A DNA stretch of 64,000 bases. Source: Dicyema japonicum (taxonomy: Eukaryota > Animalia > Dicyemida). Positions within the stretch are counted from its first letter, which is position 1; every line of letters starts with the position of its first letter. The stretch covers positions 1 through 64,000 of the forward strand of contig RDEW01000053.1 in the NCBI GenBank assembly GCA_011109175.1. Reading direction: 5' to 3'. Shown here one piece after another: positions 54,277 to 64,000 of this stretch. The position numbers and the translations under genes are program-made. The notes beneath the pieces are model-generated. The model saw nothing but the letters and a program-made list of their open reading frames with translations, had not been told where the DNA came from and did no database searches.

Positions 54277-55752
54277 TCAGGGAACACTTGGTTCAAGCAA
54301 TTGATACCGTCTGAGCACATCTCTCCCATCCCTGGTAACGTTAGCGAGGTTCCTGGCAAAAGCAATGACTTCATCGTCATGCGAATCGATAGCTGTGACT
54401 AAGGCTTCTTCATATTCGCTTAAAAATGAAACCACAAAACACCTTATCGAAAATAACAGAGTAATGCGTCTCCTAATAGGCAGAGACGAGATCATCTTAT
54501 TAGCAATGATGCGATTCACCTCATAAACCTTCTCAATAAGTTGCTAAAACTAAGTTAACGGAGAACGGGGATCTTCTGTAAGTCTTCAGTTTCATGAGGG
54601 ATGACCAGTTCTGATTAGACAGGAGAGATTCTGACTTTAGCAGACACCATCTAATATTAAGCAAAGATACCACTTATAATCGGTGATTTTTATTCGTTTC
54701 CGCAAACTTTGAGCTTCTTTGACAAATCCGTGGCGGAAAAGAACTCTGAGCGTGTCATTCAAGGACAATTGGGAGAGAGATAACATTCCATATTTTTTGT
54801 CGTATTTTTGCTGAAATTCCAATAAAATCAACTCTTCTTTAAATATCTTTAAATTATTATAAATTAAAAACAGAATCTGATTTTTTTAATTTTAAATAAA
54901 TTAAATAAAATATTTGACTTTGGATATTATCATTGTGGTTGTTATGAATTACTTTTATTGAAATCATTTTCCTACCTTCAAATTCCATTTTAGGACTACT
55001 ACAGAGCCATTTGTTGAGTACTTTTCGATGCGACTGAAATATGGCAAAAAAATCACTTTTTGTTTTCTTAGAAGGTTAAAGTTCTCATGAAAGTCCTTTT
55101 TATTTCGACAATTTGAGTAGACCTGATCTAAAAATTTCAATTTTCCCGAGTCAGCTGCCACTTTAATGGCTTCGTAGTAAAGTCTGAAAATATAAACATT
55201 CGTACTTTCCGCTAATCAAAATGCTGATTTGTTGTTCAACACTACATTTAGCTAAAAGTCTTCCAAAAAGCGATATGTTGTCATATTCCAAGCACTTTTC
55301 CATCGCAAACTAATTCTTAGCTAATAAAATACTCTCAATCTCCCATACGAGTCACAAAATGTTCTCAGGTCCGTTTCTCTGCCTCTATTCCCGGCTATTA
55401 GCCGCTCGGCCTGGATGTAGGCAAGTCTCAAGTTACAGATCAGAGTACCTTTTGACTGAGATTTCGTCACATTGCATCATTTCAGGTCCAATAAGGAGAG
55501 CTTTGTGCAGAGAATCTGTAGATGACTTTAAGCCTAAGTTGTGCTGAAATTGCAGTATTTTTATTAAAGTTGATATTTGCTACAATATTTAGCTAACAAA
55601 CTCTCCCATCGAAGCTTTCCTTGTCCGCCTCCAATTCAGCCAACCGTAAATATTTGATGTTATCTTCGAATGACTTTGTCAGAAATTAATGTCACCTTTG
55701 ACTGATAAGCATTAATAATATTAGCGTTTTCATGATTTAATGTGGGCAACAT
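54277..55752 (-). CDS. Protein of two tandem VPS16 C-terminal-like modules; 10 introns
   Basis: LLEFQ..YD...LSLNDTL..LF..G...A..L....KI.DYK.W...L......W..L..L...R.SP matches the VPS16 C-terminus; the first half repeats the pattern. Introns 22,22,22,23,22,23,139,23,16,24 nt. Confidence 0.75.
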
Positions 55753-56619
55753 TAATATTTTTTTAAATATTTGGTTTAAATATTTTTTTTATTTTTTGAG
55801 TTCATATAACTCATTAATTTACCAAAATTTATTTTATTTATTAAATAGAACGTAAATTAGCCATTATTGTCGACACACCGCGATTTTTCCGTGCACTTTT
55901 TGTCCACAATCCAGGAAATTGGTAGCAGTCGTCGACTCTAATTCAGAGTCGTTAACTCTGTATCACTTCTACTCCGGCGACGATGAAAATTCGTGTCATC
56001 GCCCGACATAGAAAGAGCTCACTTTATGACGCCCTTATCAAATACCTCAAAAACCACCTCAGATACTAAAAGACTCCAAGTTCGCTATAGAGAAAAATTC
56101 ATGATATCATCCTCGCCGGTCAAAATCTCCTCGAATCATGAAAATACCGGGAATAAGCTTCCAATGTTCATTACCCACGTTCATCTACCACCCACATCAA
56201 CATAAGTCACTGGGACTAGGGAATATGCAATTCGACGGTTATTGAGTAAAGCAGGGATCACCTAATGTGCGCATTATTGATGATTCTTGGTTCTAAAAGA
56301 CCAGCTATTGATTAGGATGCTTGTCCTCTCAAAATATATGTAAGCCCAGTAAAAAAAACTTTTACCACAAAAGTAAATTACTAACTGATTTTTGTCTTTT
56401 TATCCACATCACGTCTCTTATTGCACTCAAAGGGGTCCTACAATAATCACGTCCCAGTTCCACTAGTTTTTGAAGCAGCCTTAAAAAATCTCCAATGATA
56501 AAAAATATTTGTGAATGTACTGAAATCTAGATTTTCAACGTGGTTCATTTTCACGTAGCGTCAGTTTCACTCTGGCAACTACAAGAACTGCAATTACCCC
56601 TATCATCCTGCTCCAACCT

Positions 56620-57200
56620 CAGGAAATCGGAGGCTATTAGTGGCAGATTTTTCCCAAAGATTGGATTGACTCCTAATCCTCGTTGAACTCCGGGTCGCAA
56701 TTTGGGAAATTATTCAAGTGTCATTCAACTCAACATAAACCGCACACACAAATTTATTGTTTTTTTGCCACTCACAAAATCGATATTCCCTTCATGCTGG
56801 AAACGAAACTATCCAGAAAATCAATTCTTCCTAATTCCGATGATTACTCAATTGTCCACCATAGCTGAACTATTCAAACATGGGGGACGGTGTAATCACT
56901 TTTATCCATAAGTCCATTCCTTTCTGTGATACTTTCACTTGGACACGCACTCTGATTGAAGCTACAATCGCACTGAACATACTTCCATCCATGGCGAAAT
57001 AAATATTTACATCCCACCCCGGTCCCTGCATAAAACACTAATCCTCCAGCTGGCTGAATTACAAACGTTCTAAAATGTCATAATCTGCGAGATATAAACG
57101 CCAAAATCCGTTTTAGCTAAATGACCAAAATGATAGGGGGTTTCAGATCCTACAGAAACTAGTCATACTCGATGCTTTCAGGGTGTGATACTCAAATACT
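56620..57200 (+). mobile_element. Jockey/I-like APE fragment
   Basis: VIQLNIN, LETKL, HGGR; frameshifted. Confidence 0.6.
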
Positions 57201-57279
57201 TCCCCTGACCTCACTTTATGTTTCAAAAAAACATAAAAAATCATTTCGCGAAAAACATAAAAATTACTGACAACTTTTC

Positions 57280-58017
57280 CGTGGAGAACTTCAAATCACT
57301 TTATGTTTCCGTGAAATTTTTCAAATAGGTTATCCTCAATATACGGTCAGTTTCCTCCTTCCATATACTGCTGATTGCCTCCATCATCCTGGCAGATATG
57401 AATTCCCCGTCTATTTTGTCGACACAACGCCTTAGCTTTGCTCTTAGGCGATTCCTCTCACAAATAAGCCTCATAATAATTGGCGAAACAAAATAATGAT
57501 TATTCTTTGAGAAAACCCTTCGTGCATATAGGTGAAGATATGACTGCATAAGATTCGTTACTTCTCGACTTGCAGTATTGATATCTCCTATGGTTGAATA
57601 CTCTCTCGGTAGAACACACATATTATTGGATATGAAGACCCTATAATGGTCCTAATCCAAATGAGATGTGTTGAACCTCAAGAAGACATCTTCCATAACA
57701 TCTGGCCTCATACTAATAACCAATTCTTGTGAATATGGTCGTTCCTGATATCCCATAGAGTTTTTGGCTTTCCCACATAGACAGATAGAGCTGGCGATAC
57801 TAGCAATACGGCGAGTTTGTCCCCACCATGATAAGTCATCCGATGTAAGAATCACAGAGGCACATGAATCAGACAATAATTCTAAACGTTGTCCATCCTG
57901 ATTTGTCTTGCAACAGCCATAACTAGTGTTCTTCGAATTAAGATCCCCAATTAAGATAGTATAGGGATTCTTGTTGTTGAACTCAGAGATATCAGTAGAA
58001 TAAGTCTCAAAATTCAT
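57280..58017 (-). mobile_element. Jockey/I-like APE fragment
   Basis: ILIGDLNSKNTSYGCCKTNQDGQRL. Confidence 0.75.
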
Positions 58018-58823
58018 GGACTATAGATCTCCAACACTAATCCATGCTCGAGGCCGGAATCACTTAACTAACTGCGTACTGAACTCTAGTATACTGAATT
58101 TCATCATCTCCTCAAGTTGTACTCGGAAGACATTGGAAACCCGAAATTTTAAAATAAGGAAGCATCGATGCACCAATATCCGGGTTCGTGACTCAGACTG
58201 GAGGAACTTAGATAAACCTGCCTTGAAAAGGAAAAAAGGGAAAATGGTTATTCTCGAATGTTCTTAATGCTAAATTTAATCTACCATAATCTGTGGTTTA
58301 ATATAAATAAAATCAATCACAGCTGTAATTACATTACCGACTAAATGCTAATAAATTCAACTTTATTCCTCAAAATACGCAATTTATGTTCCTCCAAAAA
58401 TTCGAACAGGAAACATTCCTATGATATTCCTTTAATTTTCTCTTAATGGGAAATGGAAGCACTAAATCTGTAAGACGATAAAAGAAAACCCACAAAAGAC
58501 CTACGTCATCAGCTTGACTGATCAATCAGCCATTGACAAGCTGACCCGCAAAAAGTACTAAAAATGAAAATAATTAATTCCAAGCCAGAAAAGATCCATA
58601 AATAGTTACCTCAGTCTGCAACACAATATATGTGACACCACTCCATTAAATACTCACTATTTCTCGTAGGAAAACGAAAACACACAACAAGAATTATAAA
58701 CAAAAAATCCCCAGCAAACAAACGAGACACAAATAATCACAATTTTGTACAAATAAGACTCAAAAAACATAATTAAGAGAACAAAAATAAAAAAAGTAAA
58801 AAAGAAATATAAAATGATTTCAA

Positions 58824-60016
58824 TTAGTAGACCCTATCGTACACAACCCCAGAAACGGTCTCCTTCTTGGGTTGATTATTAGCATCGTGTGCTCTCCGCG
58901 CCAGATATTCAAACATAGAACTCTCATGCATCCCCAAAGTCTTCGCAATCGACACAGGCTTGGGATCAGCATAAAAATAGTCATGCTCAAGAGCCTGGTC
59001 ACAGTCAAATCGTCTCTCAGGGTTATACACCAACAGTCTCTCGATCAGCTCAAAGGCCAGAGGGTCCATTACGTAGCATTTCAGCTTATCCTTGTGAATC
59101 CCGTTCACCGGTCCAGTAGAAGGTTCGGTCAATGCCTTGAAGTGTTTTAGTTTGATCACGTGAGGCCACTCATTGGGGCTAACGGGGCCAAGCAAGTGAA
59201 TTATCAGCTTCATCTGTTGGGCCTCGCTAGATCCCTGCAAGATCGGGACCCGCGTCCACAATTCAGCCATAATACAGCCAACTCCCCACATGTCTACAGC
59301 CGTCGTATAGAGTCGCTCCCCCAACAGCAATTCCGGTGGTCTGTACCACAGAGTAACTACTCTGCTCGTATATCCCTGATTGGCACGGAACTGCTTACAA
59401 GGCCGAGCTAGTCCAAAGTCCGCCACCTTAAGGATCCCCGATTTGGTTATTAGAATGTTCGCAGCCTTCATATCCCTGTGTAGAATCTGTGAATAGTGCA
59501 AGTAATGAAGTCCCTCTAGCAGCTGCTTAGAAATCTACTATTTTAGAAAGTCACAACGTTTTTCATTTCAGCGTCCGAAAATTTTACCTTCTTGTTGAGA
59601 AGGAGTCCAGCCAAATCGTAGTCACAGTACTCGAAGACTAAATAAAAGAATATATCCCCGTCTTCTATCGCTCAACTGAAACTACTTTCTCGGCATGAGC
59701 AGACTTCTATCAACTCGACAACGTTTGGGTGATTCACGTGCTGTAAGATCTTGATTTCACGCAGTGCAGTAATGGGAAACTGAGAATTATGACAGTAGTA
59801 CCCCATCTTTTTCGTTTTCTGTTAGGATCTTCTTCAAGGCCACGGTTTTATTAGAATGTTTGTCTACAGCTTGAAAAACTTCCCTAATGCAATAGAATTA
59901 AGTATATACCCGAACGTGCCCTGTCCGATCTTCATCTTTTTAACATATTTGTCATTGATGTGAATATCCAATATGGGACCTCTGCTAGCCTGAAATTATT
60001 TATGACAAGAAACCAT
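58824..60016 (-). CDS. CDK9: Cyclin-dependent kinase 9
   Basis: IGQGTFGEV, VALKK, ENEKDGFPITALRE, HRDMKAANIL, DFGLAR, YTSRVVTLWYRPPELLLG, C-terminal YDRVY. ATG-only first coding exon; introns 24,26,22,21,23 nt. Confidence 0.96.
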
Positions 60017-60109
60017 CACAAGGATAGTTCTTAGTTTAAAGTTTAAATTCAATATTTCATTTTTATTTTTAAATTTAATGTAATGTATTACTTTTTAATA
60101 AAAAAGTAA

Positions 60110-61150
60110 TTTTGGTGTTTTCCTATTTCTCCAGCTTCCTCACATACCTGACTAACAGTATTCGCTGTGGATTTCTGTACAAGCCAAGACACCAGAATAT
60201 TGTGTTGTGCTCACTAGACGTCCACAAAGCTTTCGATTCTGTGCCGAGGAAGAATCTAACATGGAAAATCTACCAATCAGATATCCCTGAAAACCTAAAC
60301 GCTGGCTGACAAACTTCCTTAGCGGACGGAGAGGTGGAGTGTGCATTGGAAACATTCATTCTGTCTCCCGTTTATTCCCAAATGGAGTACCCCAGGGAAT
60401 GCCGCTATCACCATTCCTATTCAACCTATTTGCAGCTGACATTCCGACGCCGAATAGAGATGACGACCTGCTTCTGGCTTATGCAGACGATATTGTTTTA
60501 GCCTCACGGGATCAGAACACCCAAACGAGACGGGAAGAATGCAACATCACATGGATCAACTACTCGAGTGGTTTAATGAAAATCGGATGTCAATCAATAC
60601 CGAAAAATCTGTTACAACTCTATACCTCGGACAAAAGATTGTCGAGCAGGACAATAGAAGTTACTGCGGAGGGAAGAGCACTGTCCTTCAGCAATTGGCA
60701 AAAAATATTGGGTCTAATTTTAGATCCGTACATAAATTTTTCGAGACACGTCACTAACATGCTGAACAAATGTGAGAAGAAAATTAACCTTCTGAAATGC
60801 CCAACAGGTCTATGGAAAATTGGACATCATCCTATACTTACGCTCTACTCACAGTACATCGAACCATGCATTTCATGTGCGTGTACTTCATGAGGAATAC
60901 TGACTTATTATACAAACATCCAGAAAATCTCCGCAACCCAGAAGAAGACCTTCAAGCTAACGGAGAGATGGTACACAGGGGTAAACATTAAATCACCGAC
61001 GCCCACGGAGAAACTAATCGAAAAAAACAAAAATGGACACCAATGCCAAAAAGAAAGTGCTCGCCCGCAACGAACTTGTGTAGGCTCAAGGGATCAACAT
61101 CGAACAAAGATGAGAGCCTTGATTCAATTCGTCGGGATCACTTAGTTTAG
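60110..61150 (+). mobile_element. Jockey/I-like LINE 3' half
   Basis: LDVHKAFDSV, GVPQGMPLSPFLFN, AYADD; ends in cgggatcacttagtttag. Confidence 0.85.
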
Positions 61151-61189
61151 TTTTTTCGGTTTAACAGTTGTCTTTGAATTAATTTTAAT

Positions 61190-61608
61190 TTAATTTTTAA
61201 CTAATATCGCACTCAGATCAGTGCCATTCAATTGTCTGACAATGGTTCCGGGTTCGACTTTCGCTACAATCAATTCCCATTGAAGGTTCCACTCATATAC
61301 GATGCTTTTGGCCTGACAAATGGCGCCATCAGTGATACCTCACTGTGATGCCTGATTGTCTACAGGGACTCACACACAACAGCAAAAAATAATTTGAAAA
61401 CATTCATTGCCCCTCTAGTTAGCATGACTGTCTTACTCTAAAATATAGTGCGTGTCCTCACGAGGAGTTATAAGTTGTTCTTGTTATTTTTATTCTGTGA
61501 ACCTTCTCTTACACATCCAAGGCATTGCATTCCACCAGCGACTTTTCCATTATTTAGAAATGTCTCCACATGTCGCCAAATAAAGTCAATCAAAATTGCT
61601 TTTCTCAT
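61190..61608 (-). CDS. Probable small orphan protein
   Basis: MRKAILIDF...CVRE|EQLITPREDTHYIL|EGAMNVFKLFFA|... with 23-, 22- and 21-nt introns; last exon ambiguous. Confidence 0.45.
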
Positions 61609-61652
61609 TACTGATCGACACGTGACATCGATTAATTAGGTAATTAAAATTA

Positions 61653-62265
61653 ATGGAAATATTAAAGTGTAAAAAAATTAATAAAAATAGTTAATTTAAA
61701 ACGGTTATACTTTCAGTGATGTGGTGATGACTTCACCTAAAGGAGATTTAGGAAAGGAAGTTGAGAGGATGAAGTCTATGCTAGAAATGAAGGACATAGT
61801 AATAAAATCTTTGCTAGTAATCATTCATATCAAATTCTAGAGTGAGATGCAAGAAATCAAAGAATTTCATGCAAAAATAGGATTATTTGATGAGAATTGT
61901 CCCTACAGATCTTTACTGAGGGGTATGGGCTCCAGGAATTCAGCAAAAGACTCGAATGTCCACGTGCAATTAAGGTTGGATCACTTCGAGGCCGTAAGCA
62001 ATTATATGGAAGTCCAAAATTCCTCATTTGATTGGATGAGGAATAAAGTTGACAAAATTATAAAGAAAACTCGAATCGTTTGGTTTTTTGTGCAATTTAG
62101 TTGTCGGAAAAGCTAAAAATGAAAGAATTGGATGAATTTGCGAAGAATTTGAAGGATCAGCTTATAAAATTGCAGGAGTCTGAACTTGAAAGTTTGAGAG
62201 ACGCCAATGAGAAACTAACCAACGAAAATGATATTCTCAAGGCAGAACTAAATTCCCTTCAATGA
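61653..62265 (+). CDS. Coiled-coil protein, uncharacterised
   Basis: ...KEVERMKSMLEMKDIVIKSLL|SEMQEIKE...KKTRI|LSEKLKMKELDEFAKNLKDQLIKLQESELESLRDANEKL...LQ*; 24- and 23-nt introns; start could be 61727. Confidence 0.7.
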
Positions 62266-62499
62266 CTTCATTGCTGAGGGTACCTTTTGTAAAAAATGTT
62301 ATTTTTAATTTATCCTTGCCTCATGTCTGTTTACTAAGATCAGTAGATTCTCCGTGGTCCCAGGTTGGAGTCTTCAGTGATCTCGTGTTCACTTGATTGG
62401 TTACTATTCCATACATTATGTCTGGAATTAGTAAATTAACGTGGCTCAAGGTATCAGATGTTGGAGTAGGATTGTAGACAGTGGCAGAGATGGTGGTTG

Positions 62500-62960
62500 C
62501 TACAATTTTCCTACGTCAAAAACCCTGATGTAGTAGTTTCATCGATAAAATAAAGAATCCGTGCTGCTGCATCTAGCACGTGTAATAGAGAGTGACGAGA
62601 ATCATTTTATGTAGCTTCTAATTTGTGTTCCCCCAATCTTTTCTGAATGTGATTTGAACCCGATACTTCGTGGGTAACCCTTTCTTCAGATCTTTGGGTT
62701 TCAGATGCGTCTGAACTCTTTACTTCGTTTCATGCTCAGGTGAATAGAAGTTTTCATCCATCATGAAACAAAGTAGGAATTTTGTGGAATAGGGGTACGT
62801 CACGGTCTCTTTCCGAGCAATTAGACACTTAACATGCGCTTATTATTATTGAACCAGAAAACCACCGTCATATCCAAAATAAATAAAATTGAGGTGATCC
62901 CAGTCTCCTCAACAGTCTTGCATTCTTTCTCGGTGTTCCGACTGCGTTCCTGCGCATTTC
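62500..62960 (-). mobile_element. Tc1/mariner-like transposase relic
   Basis: SRNTEKECKTVEETG resembles the Tc1 HTH end; 5' part shared with 9870-9925. Confidence 0.45.
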
Positions 62961-63119
62961 CGATGTGGACGGGGTGGCATACTCGAGTCCTTCGCAGGAA
63001 CACTGTTCCAGTCGCTTCTATCATATTTTCTAGGTTTCTGGGCAGGATTTCCACACGGGAAAATTTCCCTTAGTAGGTTTGCTGACTTCACTTGAATGTT
63101 GCAGATCTTGTCCAAATTC

Positions 63120-63500
63120 GTTGCAGCAAGAATAGATCCCAGAGATCACATGCGTATCCTATTGTAGCCTCGATGAACTGTTTTATCGTGAATAGGGTCA
63201 ACACCGACTTAAACGGGCCATAAACTTAGTTTATTCAGATTGTCCTGTACTCTTCTCGTTGCTTCCACAATACTCCACATCCCTTGAGGCAATGACTATA
63301 TCATCAGCATACGTTAATAACATGTCATCGTCCCCCTGAGGGAGTGGCAAGTCATAGGGGAGATAATGGGAGCCCTGAGGAACGCCATTTGCTAATAGTC
63401 TCGATACGGAACATCGATTGCCATAGTGTACTCGTCCTCATCGACCACTCAAAAAATTTCCCAACCATAGTTTCAGGTTTGCATCAATGTTTCGACGAAT
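63120..63500 (-). mobile_element. Jockey/I-like RT fragment
   Basis: PQGS, DDDMLLTYADDIVIASRD, close to the 60400-60520 copy. Confidence 0.8.
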
Positions 63501-63559
63501 ATATTTTGTGCGTGATAATTCGCGCTTAAAAGAGTGGTTATAAAGGCGAGGATTTCCTA

Positions 63560-64000
63560 CTTTCAGCAGGAATAAGTCAAAGGAGTTATGTGAATTACAC
63601 TTCAGGATTAAACATTCTTCCGGGACATAGCGAAGAATGTCTGTCAAGAGGAGATTCATCTGCCAGTTTGAATATTCATTGACGGAACATACTTATTTTT
63701 GAGACTTTTTGGTTTGAGACTGAAGAATTAAAAAAATCGTTCACAATTTGAATGTACTCTTGGATCCTTATACAACGTTTCTCAACCTTTTTCCTAAAGA
63801 CCCTAAAAATTCCAACAAGATGTATGAAACAGCAACATTGAGTGTTCAGAGTCAAGTTCCTCACATTCTTTGAAAGATTCAGTGACTTTGAAGCAAATAA
63901 TTTGTGACAACGAAAAAAACGTGGTGTGTGGTGGTGTGGTGTAATTGAGAAAGAAGAAGTAACCAGAAGCGATATGCACAAGATCGACAAAAGAGAAGAG
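63560..64000 (-). CDS. Possible 3' part of a gene cut by the window edge
   Basis: 104-codon open frame and a gtatgt donor-like site; no recognisable motif. Confidence 0.25.

Noticed and set aside
59670-59672. Stop-codon reassignment or readthrough of the in-frame TGA in CDK9
   Set aside because: A GT-AG micro-intron explains it; genes end in TAA or TGA and internal stops fall within predicted introns.
61245-61265. tRNA-like ccgggttcgact
   Set aside because: No cloverleaf; it lies within a probable minus-strand coding exon.

Overview
AT-rich eukaryotic (most likely animal) genomic DNA. Small islands of very compact genes sit in a majority of decayed transposons: RTE-like LINEs with (TAA)n tails, Jockey/I-like LINE pieces, two kinds of restriction-like-endonuclease (RLE) retroelements (CRE-like, R4/Dong-like), hAT, MULE, pogo and Tc1-like DNA transposons. 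The defining feature is ultra-short spliceosomal introns: about 50 could be placed by hand, mostly 21-25 nt, with extremes of 16-19 nt. They hide most genes from the ORF track. Recognisable genes: copine (one frameshift), GINS2/Psf2 (start codon split by an intron), LLPH, a RhoGAP and CDK9. Less ordinary genes: a cysteine-rich protein of about 9 PCSK9-CHRD/resistin-like modules containing candidate GT-CG and GC-AG introns; a protein made of two tandem VPS16 C-terminal-like modules whose intron positions match between halves; and several orphan microgenes. The intron size suggests a reduced parasite lineage such as a dicyemid or myxozoan, but the sequence alone does not prove this. All gene models were spliced by eye, family assignments are from remembered motifs with no database search, and transposon boundaries are approximate unless a TSD or TIR is quoted.
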